A stretch of DNA of 64,000 nucleotides from NCBI GenBank assembly GCA_903847315.1, contig CAINDG010000038.1:67750-131749 (forward strand). The letters run 5' to 3'. How positions within the stretch are numbered: position 1 is the first letter of the stretch; each line of letters opens with the position of its first letter. A model generated the notes under the pieces. That model did not search any database. It was not told where the DNA came from and worked only from the letters and a program-made list of their open reading frames with translations. The position numbers and the translations under genes are program-made. Source of the DNA: an uncultured Planctomycetota bacterium. GTDB lineage: Bacteria; Planctomycetota; Phycisphaerae; Sedimentisphaerales; UBA12454. This document shows, piece by piece, positions 44,711 through 54,676 of this stretch.

Positions 44711-47320
44711 ATGAAACCGAACGAAAGATTAAGCACAGGTTTGCCTGGGTTTGATAAGGTAATCAAACAGGTTTTGCCGGGAGATAATATCGTCTGGCAG
44801 GTGGACAGCCTCGATGATTTCAGACCGATTGTAGAGGCATACTGCGAAAACGCCCTGAGCAGCGGGTGGGAGCTTGTTTATTTCAGATTCGGAAAACATG
44901 CGCCGTTTGTAACCGCAGAGCAGGGAGCAAACGTCATTGAACTCGACGCCGAACAGGGATTCGAAACATTCACCACAAAAATTCACAACGTAATAAACCA
45001 GTTCGGCAAGGGACATTATTATCTTTTCGACTGTCTGAGCGAACTTGCGCAAGCATGGTGTAACGACAGAATGCTGGGCAACTTTTTTATGCAGGTCTGC
45101 CCATATTTATATTACGCTCAGACCGTAACGACTTTCGCCCTGCTTAGGAATTTTCATTCATACCACGCCATAAGACCCATACTCGATACAGCGCAGGTTA
45201 TATCCAACGTTTATAAATACAAAGGCGATATTTATGTTCATCCGCTAAAAGTGGACGCCAGATATTCAACTACAATGAATATGATACATCTGTGGAAGGA
45301 CGAAGATTTTCTGCCGGTGCGCGACAGCGGAACAATCACTGAAATTCTGACAAACGTAAGCAGCATCGAGCTTGACAGCGCAAATGAAAGGCTGGATTTC
45401 TGGGCCAGGACTTTTCTCGACGCCGAGCAGGTCTTAAAAGATTATGAAAATAAACAATGCACCGCGAGCGAGCTTGACAAACGGTTCGAGCAGGTGGCCA
45501 GGATGGCTGTTTCGCGTGATGAGCGAATTTTAAAAATGGTCCGTAAGTATCTGAATCTGGCCGATATTATACGCATAAGAAACAGAATGATAGGAACTGG
45601 TTTTATCGGCGGCAAAAGCGTCGGTATGCTGCTGGCAAGAGCAATACTGGAAAAAACAGACGACAAACTCAAACAAGTTCTCGAAGCGCATGATTCATTC
45701 TTCATCGGCTCGGATGTTTTTTACACATACCTTGTAAGAAATAAAATCTGGTGGATAAGACAGAAGCAGCGAATCAGCACCAACTTTCTGGACGGAGCGG
45801 CGGAGGGCAGGCAAAGGATCCTTCAGGGAGATTTTCCGGATTATATCATAAAGCAGTTCAGCGATGTGCTCGATTACTTCGGACAAAGCCCGATTATCGT
45901 CCGCTCAAGCTCGCTACTCGAAGATAATTATGGAAATGCCTTCGCGGGTAAATACGAAAGCTTTTTCTGCACAAACCAGGGAACAAGGCAGCAAAGACTT
46001 GCGGAATTTACCGACGCTGTAAGAAAAATATACGCAAGCAGTATGAGCGAAGACGCCCTTATGTACAGGGCAAAATGGGGACTTCTGGAAAAAGACGAGC
46101 CGATGGGGCTTTTGGTACAGAGAGTTTCCGGCGCACCGCACGGCAGATACTTTTTCCCGCAGGCGGCAGGCGTCGCCCTTTCGTACAATCCTTATGTATG
46201 GAATGAAAATATAGACCCTAAAGCGGGAATGATAAGGCTTGTATTCGGATTGGGCACAAGGGCTGTTGACAGGCACGACGACGATTACGCGAGAATCGTC
46301 GCACTGAACGCACCGGCAAGAAGGCCTGAAACAAGCGAGACGGCGAGAAAATACACGCAGCAAAAGGTTGACTGCATAGACCTCGAAGCGAGAGAATTTA
46401 TTTCAAGGCCGTTTGCGGAAATAGCGACTGCTCCGGCAGAAGACAATCTGCAACTGGAACTTTTCGCGTCCCGCGACAGGGAGATGGAAAAACGTGCTGC
46501 GCAGTTAGGCCGAAAAGAAATATTCAGCTGGTCGATAACCTTTGAAAAACTCCTGACAAAAACCAATTTCGCAAAAGATATGAGAGAAATGCTGAAAACT
46601 CTTCAAGACATTTATGACTCGCCGGTAGATGTGGAATTTACGGTAAACTTTCTGAGCGAAACGGATTATAAAATAAACCTTCTCCAGTGCAGACCGCTGG
46701 AACAAAAGGGAGGCAAAACGATAATAAATCCGAATATGGAAAAAGAATCAAAGGATTTGATTATCGACGCGTTGGGGCCGGTTGTAGGACAAAGCAGACA
46801 TATTATCATAGACCAGATAATCTATATTTCACCGGAACAGTATATAAAACTGAAAATTTCAGACCGATATGAATTGGCAAGACTTATCGGCAGATTGAGC
46901 CATATTGAGACCGAAAAAGGCAAAACAATAATGCTGTTGGGACCGGGCAGATGGGGGACAAGCACGCCATCGCTGGGAGTGCCGGTATCGTATCCGGAAA
47001 TAAATACAATCAGCGTACTGGTGGAAATAGTAATGCTGAATAAGGAAATGTCAGCGGATATCTCGCTTGGTACACATTTCTTTAACGACCTGATTGAAAG
47101 CGATACGCTGTACCTTGGGCTATTGTCTCACAGGCAGAGTAATACCTTCAGGACGGATTTCTTTGAAAATTCGCCGAATATGCTGACTGAAATCTTCCCG
47201 GATTCTCAGGCATGGACAAGCGTTTTAAAGGTAATAGACCCGCAAAAGGCCTGTCCCGGCAAGAACCTGAACCTTTACGCCGACGCCATAGAACAAAAAT
47301 TTATTTGTTATTGTAAATAA
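44711..47320 (+). CDS. PEP/pyruvate-binding (PPDK_N-like) domain protein with a degenerate KaiC/RecA-like N-terminal region
   Basis: 869 aa. IGGKSVGMLLA, IVRSSSLLEDNYGNAFAGKYESF, LVFGLGTRAVD and VEFTVNF..INLLQCRPL match the ATP-grasp N-domain of PEP synthase and PPDK. The N-terminus LSTGLPGFDKVI..LPGDNIVWQV lacks a Walker A. No phosphohistidine (TSHAAI-type) segment was seen. Confidence 0.65.
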   Translation: MKPNERLSTGLPGFDKVIKQVLPGDNIVWQVDSLDDFRPIVEAYCENALSSGWELVYFRFGKHAPFVTAEQGANVIELDAEQGFETFTTKIHNVINQFGKGHYYLFDCLSELAQAWCNDRMLGNFFMQVCPYLYYAQTVTTFALLRNFHSYHAIRPILDTAQVISNVYKYKGDIYVHPLKVDARYSTTMNMIHLWKDEDFLPVRDSGTITEILTNVSSIELDSANERLDFWARTFLDAEQVLKDYENKQCTASELDKRFEQVARMAVSRDERILKMVRKYLNLADIIRIRNRMIGTGFIGGKSVGMLLARAILEKTDDKLKQVLEAHDSFFIGSDVFYTYLVRNKIWWIRQKQRISTNFLDGAAEGRQRILQGDFPDYIIKQFSDVLDYFGQSPIIVRSSSLLEDNYGNAFAGKYESFFCTNQGTRQQRLAEFTDAVRKIYASSMSEDALMYRAKWGLLEKDEPMGLLVQRVSGAPHGRYFFPQAAGVALSYNPYVWNENIDPKAGMIRLVFGLGTRAVDRHDDDYARIVALNAPARRPETSETARKYTQQKVDCIDLEAREFISRPFAEIATAPAEDNLQLELFASRDREMEKRAAQLGRKEIFSWSITFEKLLTKTNFAKDMREMLKTLQDIYDSPVDVEFTVNFLSETDYKINLLQCRPLEQKGGKTIINPNMEKESKDLIIDALGPVVGQSRHIIIDQIIYISPEQYIKLKISDRYELARLIGRLSHIETEKGKTIMLLGPGRWGTSTPSLGVPVSYPEINTISVLVEIVMLNKEMSADISLGTHFFNDLIESDTLYLGLLSHRQSNTFRTDFFENSPNMLTEIFPDSQAWTSVLKVIDPQKACPGKNLNLYADAIEQKFICYCK

Positions 47321-47321
47321 T

Positions 47322-48218
47322 ATGCAGATTGAAACATTACAGATTTTTTGCGATTTAGCGGAACTGAAAAGTTTTTCCCGCGCGGCGGAGAAAAATATGA
47401 TAAGCCAGTCCGCGGTCTCGCAGCAATTGGCGCAGCTTGAAAAATCATTTAATACTCCTTTAATTGACCGGCATAAAAAATCGTTCGGCCTGACTCCGGC
47501 GGGAGAACTATTTTATAATACGAGCAAGGACCTGCTGAGCCGATATGAAAATTTTCAGAGCAGTTTAAATTATCTGAAAAATTCAGCCAAAAGCAAAATC
47601 AGCATAGCGGCTATTTACAGCATAGGAATGTACAGTCTCCAGAGTTATATAAAGAAATTCATCGCGATTCATCCGGAGGTTCATCTGGATATCGAATATC
47701 TCGACGATGCAGAGATTTATAACAGGCTGCTGCTGGGCAAAATCGACATCGGACTGGTTGCCCTGCCGAGAACAAACCCGGATATTCAGGTATTTGATTT
47801 TGTTTCCGAGCCGCTGGTATTTGTTTGCAGCCCGCAGCATCAGTTCGCTAAAAAAAGCTCCATCGATGTTTATATGCTGCAATATCAGCCTTTCATCGCA
47901 TTTGAACGAAATCTGCCGACGAGAAACTGCATAGACCAGTTTTTGCTGCGATATAATGTAGCGGTAAAGCCTGTAATGGAATTCGACAATGTCGAAATAA
48001 TTAAACGCGTTGTGGAAATAAACGCAGGCGTGAGTATAATGCCGGAAACAACAATAAAAAATGAATTGGCAAACGGAACATTAAAAACAATACCATTCTA
48101 TAATCCAGAATCACCAAGATTCAAAAGACAGACAGGCATAATAATCCGAAAAAACCGGGCGATGAACGATAATTTAAAAGCATTTATCGAGATACTCTGC
48201 GGGAAACGCGTTAAATAA
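47322..48218 (+). CDS. LysR family transcriptional regulator
   Basis: 298 aa. N-terminal wHTH LQIFCDLAELKSFSRAAEKNMISQSAVSQQLAQLE plus a substrate-binding domain. Confidence 0.9.
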   Translation: MQIETLQIFCDLAELKSFSRAAEKNMISQSAVSQQLAQLEKSFNTPLIDRHKKSFGLTPAGELFYNTSKDLLSRYENFQSSLNYLKNSAKSKISIAAIYSIGMYSLQSYIKKFIAIHPEVHLDIEYLDDAEIYNRLLLGKIDIGLVALPRTNPDIQVFDFVSEPLVFVCSPQHQFAKKSSIDVYMLQYQPFIAFERNLPTRNCIDQFLLRYNVAVKPVMEFDNVEIIKRVVEINAGVSIMPETTIKNELANGTLKTIPFYNPESPRFKRQTGIIIRKNRAMNDNLKAFIEILCGKRVK

Positions 48219-48221
48219 ACA

Positions 48222-48812
48222 ATGAAAATTAAGGCAGTAATATTCGACCTTGACGGCACAATAACAAAGCCATATCTTGATTTTGACAAAATAAGACAAG
48301 AGATGGGACTTGCCGCCGATGCAGGGCCGCTACTGGAAATAATGGAGAAAATGAATCCTGCCGAGAGAAAAAAAGCGGAAAAAATTCTGTACAAATACGA
48401 GCAGGCGGCAATCGAACATTCCACCCTGAATAAAGGCGCAGCGGAAACACTTAAACAACTGAGAAAAATGAAAATACCAATCGGCATCCTGACGCGTAAT
48501 ACCCGTTCAAACGCCTCGGCTGTGGCTCAAAAGCATAATATCAAATTCGACGCGGTGGTTGACCGTAACGATGGGCCTGTAAAACCAGACCCGTTCGGAG
48601 TAAAAAAACTCTGCAAGCATTTTAAAGTCAAGCCGCAGGAAGCACTCGTCGTAGGAGATTATCTGTTTGACCTGCAAAGTGCAAAGGCGGCAAAAGCTAT
48701 CGCAGTTTTAATGAAAAATTCAGAAAAATCCCGGCAGTTTTCCTCCTTTGCGGATTATACCATTGACAGTTTGACAGAAATAATAGATATAATAGTCAGT
48801 AGAAAAAAATGA
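48222..48812 (+). CDS. HAD superfamily hydrolase
   Basis: 196 aa. AVIFDLDGTIT, ILTRN and VGDYLFD motifs. Confidence 0.85.
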   Translation: MKIKAVIFDLDGTITKPYLDFDKIRQEMGLAADAGPLLEIMEKMNPAERKKAEKILYKYEQAAIEHSTLNKGAAETLKQLRKMKIPIGILTRNTRSNASAVAQKHNIKFDAVVDRNDGPVKPDPFGVKKLCKHFKVKPQEALVVGDYLFDLQSAKAAKAIAVLMKNSEKSRQFSSFADYTIDSLTEIIDIIVSRKK

Positions 48813-49531
48813 AAAATGGAATTGTAATATTGATTGTTCTTTTTGTGTGTCAGCGATTCGTTTGGGCCGGCGAGCCCAACGACAGCGTTCTATCTGCATC
48901 AAAAGAAGTTATTAAAACAATAGAGAAACTAAATTCGGCTGTCGGCAAACTCAAACAACTAACCGCTCAAATTGAATACACGCATGCTCAGCCTTTATTC
49001 GAAACACAGACGATCCGGACCGGCAGGATTTTTTATATTAAAGATACAAATAATTCTGCACTGAGAATAAATTTCCTGACTATAAAGCAAGATGAGTCGA
49101 ATGAGCAGAATTACAGGGAAGATTATATCTTCGATGGGAGAAAAATAACAAAAATCGATTATCAGGGCAAATCGGCGACTACAGAACAGGTTGCCAAAGA
49201 AAAACCAATCGAGCCTTTTGAACTTGTGCAGGATTATTTTCCCATTATCGGCCTGTCAAAGCCTGATGAAATGACCGGGCAGTTTAATATAACCGCTTTA
49301 AAAAACACTCTTCGTCTGATACCAAAAGAAAATTCCAAGTTTTTCAAAACATACAAACAAGTTGAAATAACAATAAATCCTGAAAATTATCTTCCATTTG
49401 ATTTTTCAGCAATAACCGGCGAAGACGAAAAGATAACAATCAAACTATCTCAAATCGATACTTTGGCTGTTGTTAAAAAAACTGTGTTCGATGTAAATAT
49501 ACCCGCTGATTTTACGCAGATGCAAAAATAA
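48809..49531 (+). CDS. Secreted LolA-like / lipoprotein-sorting-fold protein (hypothetical)
   Basis: 240 aa with a signal peptide. Weak resemblance by eye to LolA/DUF2092-type proteins. It overlaps the HAD gene by 4 nt. Confidence 0.35.
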   Translation: MKNGIVILIVLFVCQRFVWAGEPNDSVLSASKEVIKTIEKLNSAVGKLKQLTAQIEYTHAQPLFETQTIRTGRIFYIKDTNNSALRINFLTIKQDESNEQNYREDYIFDGRKITKIDYQGKSATTEQVAKEKPIEPFELVQDYFPIIGLSKPDEMTGQFNITALKNTLRLIPKENSKFFKTYKQVEITINPENYLPFDFSAITGEDEKITIKLSQIDTLAVVKKTVFDVNIPADFTQMQK

Positions 49532-49539
49532 AGAATTGT

Positions 49540-50517
49540 TTACTCGCTGTCTACTTCCGGGCACATCATTATATATTCACGAATCGCATCCATATTGGCC
49601 ATTGCTACCGCGATTTTGTCGTCTGCCGCTCCATAATAAAGATAGAGGCGGTTATTTTCCTCATTGACTGTTGCGCCGGTAACAAAAACGACATCGCTCA
49701 CGTCGCCGATTCTTTCGTAATCAGCCCACGGGCCGAGAACCCATTCTTCACTTCTGCGAAGAACCTTCCACGGCTCCTCAATGTCCAGCAAAGCTATGCC
49801 GATTCGATATATCTGGCCCGCAGCGGTGGCTCTTACACCATGATAAAAAATCAGCCAGCCTTCAGGAATCTCTATCGGCTGACAGGCAAGACCTACCCTC
49901 TGGCCGTCCCAGAAGGCGTGACGAGTCCTCATCAAAACTCTATGGTCGCCCCAGTGTTTCAAGTCCGGCGACATACTAATCCAGATGTGCGCTTCGCCCT
50001 GAACTATCGGGCGATGAATGAGAGCAAATCGGCCATCGAACCTGCGGGGAAAGAGGCAGGCGTCTTTGTCCTCAGGCGGAAGCATCGGACCCATTCTGGC
50101 GAATGTATGGAAATTCTTGGTGATAGCCAGCGAGACCAAAGGACCGCCCTCGCTGAATGACACGTAAGTTATCGCGAAATGTCCCTGCTCCTCGAGCCAA
50201 ACGATGCGCGGGTCTTCCAGTCCCCATCGCTCCTCGCGAGTATCATGGTCGGCCTCCATAGTCGGCTTTTCATCAATCTGCCAGTTTGTAAGGCCGTCCT
50301 TGCTCTTGCACAAAGTCAGATGCGAAAATCCTCTCATATCCTCAACACGTGCGAGCAGCAATGTACCGTCAGGCAGTTTTATCGCGGCGGGATTGAAAAC
50401 CGAATTAACCGGATAAGGCCAGTCTTTCGCCTCGAGTATCGGATTGCCTTCATACCTTCTGAAAAGGTCGTGAGCGAGTTGTTCCCGAGAGATATCGGCC
50501 ATTAGTCGTTCCTTCAA
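49540..50517 (-). CDS. Glycoside hydrolase family 130 (mannoside phosphorylase-like)
   Basis: 325 aa. NPILEAKDWPY..SVFNPAA, WGLEDPRIVW, KDACLFPRRFDGRFALIHRP and YLYYGAADDKIAVA. Confidence 0.8.
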   Translation of the reverse strand: MKERLMADISREQLAHDLFRRYEGNPILEAKDWPYPVNSVFNPAAIKLPDGTLLLARVEDMRGFSHLTLCKSKDGLTNWQIDEKPTMEADHDTREERWGLEDPRIVWLEEQGHFAITYVSFSEGGPLVSLAITKNFHTFARMGPMLPPEDKDACLFPRRFDGRFALIHRPIVQGEAHIWISMSPDLKHWGDHRVLMRTRHAFWDGQRVGLACQPIEIPEGWLIFYHGVRATAAGQIYRIGIALLDIEEPWKVLRRSEEWVLGPWADYERIGDVSDVVFVTGATVNEENNRLYLYYGAADDKIAVAMANMDAIREYIMMCPEVDSE

Positions 50518-50682
50518 ACCTTAACTAAAAACAGTATTTGCGCAAAATTTCCACTAATCAATTCGGCAAAAAAAGACCTCTGCTGAAGCCGGATTTGACG
50601 GTTTTCAAAGAAAATTACCGGACTAGCGATTTAGGTCTTATAAAAAATGCCTCACTAAAATCAAAATCAAGTTACCGCATAT

Positions 50683-50710
50683 TTGACAAAATTCCATCTT
50701 CTGCTATAGT
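50683..50710 (+). promoter_or_regulatory. Putative sigma70 promoter of the MBL hydrolase gene
   Basis: TTGACA (50683-50688), a 16-nt spacer, then TATAGT (50705-50710). Confidence 0.4.
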
Positions 50711-50756
50711 CCGGCAAAGGCGGATGGATTCCCCTCTTTAAAAAAGGATTTGTAAA

Positions 50757-51401
50757 ATGCATATTGATAAACTGATTTTAGGCGAATATGAAAACAACTC
50801 ATATATAGTTCGCAGAGATGAAAAAACAACAACCTGCGTTATAATCGATACTGGTTTGAGCTCGGAACCTTTGATAGATTTTCTAAAGAAAAAAAATCTC
50901 AATCCCCAGGTACTTATTCTCACTCACGGACATGGCGACCATATCGCAGGAGTCAGCCTGCTACGAAAGAATTTCAGCGAAATAAAAGTCTGTATTCATA
51001 AAGCCGATTCTCATATGCTCACAGATTCGGTGAGTAATTTTTCAAGTTTTTTGGGAAAAAAGATAGAAAGCCTGCCGGCAGATATCATCTTTGACAAAGA
51101 AGAGGAAATTGAATTCGCCAATCTCAAGTTTAAGCTTATTCATACGCCCGGCCATACGCCAGGCGGGATTTGCCTTTATAACAGCGAAGAAAAAATTCTC
51201 TTTAGCGGCGATACGCTTTTCGCTGGGTCGGTCGGAAGAACGGATTTTTCCGGCTACGATGAAGAAAAGTGTTTCAAGCAGATTATCAGTAATATCAGAA
51301 ATAAACTGCTTATTCTGCCGGATGATACGGCTGTGCTGCCGGGACATGGGCCGGCCTCCACAATCAAGCGGGAAAAACTATACAATCCTTATTTGAGATG
51401 A
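50757..51401 (+). CDS. MBL-fold metallo-hydrolase (glyoxalase II-like)
   Basis: 214 aa. LTHGHGDHIAG, HTPGHTPGG and GDTLF. Confidence 0.85.
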   Translation: MHIDKLILGEYENNSYIVRRDEKTTTCVIIDTGLSSEPLIDFLKKKNLNPQVLILTHGHGDHIAGVSLLRKNFSEIKVCIHKADSHMLTDSVSNFSSFLGKKIESLPADIIFDKEEEIEFANLKFKLIHTPGHTPGGICLYNSEEKILFSGDTLFAGSVGRTDFSGYDEEKCFKQIISNIRNKLLILPDDTAVLPGHGPASTIKREKLYNPYLR

Positions 51402-51416
51402 AAAATATAAAAACTC

Positions 51417-51444
51417 TTGTCAAAAACAGGGAATTTCTTATAAT
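51417..51444 (+). promoter_or_regulatory. Putative sigma70 promoter of rpmH
   Basis: TTGTCA (51417-51422), a 16-nt spacer, then TATAAT (51439-51444). Confidence 0.45.
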
Positions 51445-51480
51445 AACTCCGAAAAAGAACTAATCGAGCCCGGAGGCACA

Positions 51481-51618
51481 ATGGAAAATCATCGTATCAG
51501 TAAGATTAAAAAGAAACGCAAAAGCGGATTTCTGGCGAGAATGAGAACCAAAAGCGGCAGAAATATCATGAAAAGAAGAAGACGCATAGGCAGGTCGCTG
51601 AAACTAAGAAAAACATAG
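51481..51618 (+). CDS. rpmH: 50S ribosomal protein L34
   Basis: Not in the ORF track (45 aa). GGAGG at 51472-51476. The translation MENHRISKIKKKRKSGFLARMRTKSGRNIMKRRRRIGRSLKLRKT matches the L34 consensus (..KRKR.HGFRARM.TK.GR.VL.RRR.KGRK.L). Confidence 0.9.
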   Translation: MENHRISKIKKKRKSGFLARMRTKSGRNIMKRRRRIGRSLKLRKT

Positions 51619-51626
51619 ACAAATAT

Positions 51627-52280
51627 TTATAGCAGGTTTTTAAATACTTCTCCGAAATTATCGCATACCTTTGCGCCGCAGGCAATGAGTCTTTCTTTTG
51701 CCTGATGGCCGGCGGGCAAAAGCAGACAATCGGCACCCAATTGACAGGCAACCTGATAATCGTGCGTCGTATCGCCTATCAGAAGAATTTCCTTTCCGCC
51801 AACCGCAAGATTTTTCAACAGTTTCCTGCCGGCATCTATCTTGCTATGGGCATAGTAATCATCGAGGCCTGCTATATTCTCAAAAAAATCTTTAAGGCCG
51901 AACACTTTGAGCGCCTCGATTAGAGAAGATTCCTGCGAAGCGGAGAGAACCGATTGCAAAAGACCTTTTGTTTTTAATTTTTTTATAATATCAACAACCC
52001 CGTCCCGCAGACGGCATTTATCGCGCTGCGACTCATAAGCACAGATATATTCACGGGCAATATCGTCAAAAGACTCTTTGGTAAAGTCGAAACCGAGCTT
52101 TACATAATAATCAATTACAGGAAAATCAAAATCCATCTGGTATTGGGCGAGTGTCATCGTTTTCATTTGACGGCGGACAAGCATCCGGTTGAGGATTTCG
52201 ACACAGAGCCAGGCGTCGTCCAGCAGTGTGCCGTTCCAGTCCCAGATAATATGTTTGTATTTGGCGAAATCTGAAATCAT
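51627..52280 (-). CDS. HAD superfamily hydrolase (phosphoglycolate phosphatase-like)
   Basis: 217 aa. IIWDWNGTLLDD, SASQ and IGDTTHD motifs. Confidence 0.75.
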   Translation of the reverse strand: MISDFAKYKHIIWDWNGTLLDDAWLCVEILNRMLVRRQMKTMTLAQYQMDFDFPVIDYYVKLGFDFTKESFDDIAREYICAYESQRDKCRLRDGVVDIIKKLKTKGLLQSVLSASQESSLIEALKVFGLKDFFENIAGLDDYYAHSKIDAGRKLLKNLAVGGKEILLIGDTTHDYQVACQLGADCLLLPAGHQAKERLIACGAKVCDNFGEVFKNLL

Positions 52281-52321
52281 TCGGCAGGAGATTCTGACAG
52301 ATTTGATAAATTAATTCAAGG

Positions 52322-54592
52322 CTAATTATTGACAGACGCTTTTCGTGAATTCTGATCTGACGGGGCATTCGATTCGGCAGGTACAGCTTTCAAAAGTTTT
52401 TGCCAACTATCGAGCCGACTCGACCATAACGGACGCGGGGCGTTAACCGGAACTTTTATAGTAGAAAGAGCAAGTAAAATTTGTTTTGCCACCTCTTTTT
52501 CCTGTTTCTCCGAAAAATACCTGTCGAGCACTTTCGAAATCTCCGCATCCGGTCCGATATCAGACGAAAGCAGGACATTGGCCAAAAGCTGCTTGGCAGA
52601 TTCAGTCTGGCCCGCGCGTAAATTCACATCAAGCAGTTTAGCGGTCAACTGTTCTTTTTCATTAGGGTCTGTAGCAACAAGTAAAAGCATTCCATAATAT
52701 TTTGTCGCCAGGCCGTACAGCGAACTGGCAGCGTAGTGCTCGGCAAGCGTGCGCCGCAGGGAAGTCAGCGTATTTACGTCCTGCTCGGCCTCGGCTTTCT
52801 TCTCGGCTGTTTCAAACAATATCCTGGCTCTTGCAAGAAGAAATTCGTCTTTTTTCAACTTTGCCTGATTGGACAATTGCTGCGCCCATGAAACCAGAAC
52901 ATCGGTCTTGCAGTATTGGAAGATATTCATCATCGCATCGGCGGCGTGCTGCCGTTCATCGTCTGAGGTGGCAGTAGTCACCAGGGTGCCAAGCCAGTCA
53001 AGGTCCTGCTGGGTGCCAATCTGGCCGGCTACTGCGATAAGTTCATCGCGTATTTTGCTGCTCGAATGACTGGTAAAGCCCTTGCTTTTTAGTATTTCAA
53101 AAGCTCCGGCCCGATCAATCCTAAGAAGGCCGGTAGCGGCAGGCGTCGCAATCTGATCGTTTTTGTCATCTATAGCCCCAAGAAAAATATCTTTGAACAC
53201 TTCGCCGGCAATAGTTTTGTAAAAACTGTCATTGCCGCATAATCGTGCCATCTCTTCTATAAGGCGGGCCTTTTTCTGTTCTTCCTTTGTCTGACGATAA
53301 CTGGCAGCAATAAGTTCGAAGTAAGGTTTTACCTGCGATGCCTCAAGGCCGTCCTGCAAAAGCAGGTTTCGTATAACCTCCGCGGCAGTTACGGGATTTG
53401 TATCCTTGAAAAACTCGGCGGCGATATTCAAGGCCTCGATTCTGACCTGCGGGTCTATTTTTACTTCGGCTCCGGGCGAAAGGGCAAAATTACAGACATG
53501 GCCCATCGCGACAAGTATCTCGGTTTTGACATCGGCATTTGTTTCTGTCTTTAGCTGCGCAAGCAGTGCATCTGCCGAATTGATATTGGTCAGCAGTCCG
53601 AGCAGTTTTGCCGCGGCAAGTCTCACCATAGGGTTTGGGTCGGAAACGAGTAAAATAAGAGGTTTTTGCAGAACATCGAGAGGCAAAGGTTTGCCGCTCT
53701 TTTGCCACATATTAATTTTTTCAATTGCCCAAAGCCTTACTGAGCTGTGCTCAAAGGTAAGATTTTCAGAGACGAATTTTGCGCGTGCGCTGTCATCCGT
53801 TGTCGCCTGATAAGTATTGTCCAGGGCCGTCAGATATCTTTTCTGCCATTTTGTAACTTCATCGTTATACAGACTTATCTTGTCCTGCTGGGAAAGCAGT
53901 CTTTCACGAATAATATCCACTCGGCCTCTTTCGATATCCCTGCGGATTCTTCGCCATTCCTGTTTGTCTTTGGTGCCTGGCATCCATTCCTGCAGCGCAT
54001 CCGATGCAGCCGAGACAACTACACTGTCTTCACTGTCAAGCAGAGTTATAAGCAGCAGGATGGTTTCTTTGTCAGGACGAATCTGAAAAGCATAAATCGC
54101 ATTCTTTTTCGCCGCAGCCGGAAGGCTTGAGGTTCTTATTATTTCCTCAAGATGGTCTTTAACCTCTCTGTATGTGAAAATCAAAGAGGCCTGAGCCGCG
54201 AGGTTTGCCACTTCAGCGTTCTGACCCTTAATAATATTCATCAGAGGGTCCATAAAATCCCCTCTGTCGGAAATAAGCTGTGACAAACTCCTGAACCGGA
54301 TTATGGCCTTGCAGACAGAACTTTGAGCGGCAATATTATCGGTCGAGGAAAGGGCTTCGAGAAGAACGCCTCTTGCCTGCGTACCGGGATTTTTCAAAAG
54401 TTCAACTGCCGTATCTATCCGTATTTGCTCGTCATTTGAATTAAAAAGCGTCCATTTATTGATTTTCAGCTGACTGCTGTTTTCCTGCGGAGCTTGACTG
54501 TCCGCATAAAGCGAAGAAGTAAGGCTAAAAAGCAGGAACAACAATAAAATTATGTCTTTGGTGTCCGGTTTTTTGGGGTAAATCGAGTTCAT
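52322..54592 (-). CDS. Secreted HEAT-repeat protein
   Basis: 756 aa with a signal peptide. Recurrent HEAT/PBS-lyase-like units (..VRLWAIEKI.., ..PMVRLAAAKLLG.., ..ARGVLLEALSS..). Confidence 0.55.
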   Translation of the reverse strand: MNSIYPKKPDTKDIILLLFLLFSLTSSLYADSQAPQENSSQLKINKWTLFNSNDEQIRIDTAVELLKNPGTQARGVLLEALSSTDNIAAQSSVCKAIIRFRSLSQLISDRGDFMDPLMNIIKGQNAEVANLAAQASLIFTYREVKDHLEEIIRTSSLPAAAKKNAIYAFQIRPDKETILLLITLLDSEDSVVVSAASDALQEWMPGTKDKQEWRRIRRDIERGRVDIIRERLLSQQDKISLYNDEVTKWQKRYLTALDNTYQATTDDSARAKFVSENLTFEHSSVRLWAIEKINMWQKSGKPLPLDVLQKPLILLVSDPNPMVRLAAAKLLGLLTNINSADALLAQLKTETNADVKTEILVAMGHVCNFALSPGAEVKIDPQVRIEALNIAAEFFKDTNPVTAAEVIRNLLLQDGLEASQVKPYFELIAASYRQTKEEQKKARLIEEMARLCGNDSFYKTIAGEVFKDIFLGAIDDKNDQIATPAATGLLRIDRAGAFEILKSKGFTSHSSSKIRDELIAVAGQIGTQQDLDWLGTLVTTATSDDERQHAADAMMNIFQYCKTDVLVSWAQQLSNQAKLKKDEFLLARARILFETAEKKAEAEQDVNTLTSLRRTLAEHYAASSLYGLATKYYGMLLLVATDPNEKEQLTAKLLDVNLRAGQTESAKQLLANVLLSSDIGPDAEISKVLDRYFSEKQEKEVAKQILLALSTIKVPVNAPRPLWSSRLDSWQKLLKAVPAESNAPSDQNSRKASVNN

Positions 54593-54676
54593 ATTCTTAA
54601 TTCGTCTTTTTTGTAATATACGCTTTAACAGTATTTTATGTTCTGCAAGAATGATTTCAAATAAAAATAATAATTA

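Noticed and set aside
50538-50741. 67-aa ORF in the GH130/MBL intergenic region
   Set aside because: It has no SD and overlaps a good TTGACA-16-TATAGT promoter for the MBL gene. It is probably non-coding.
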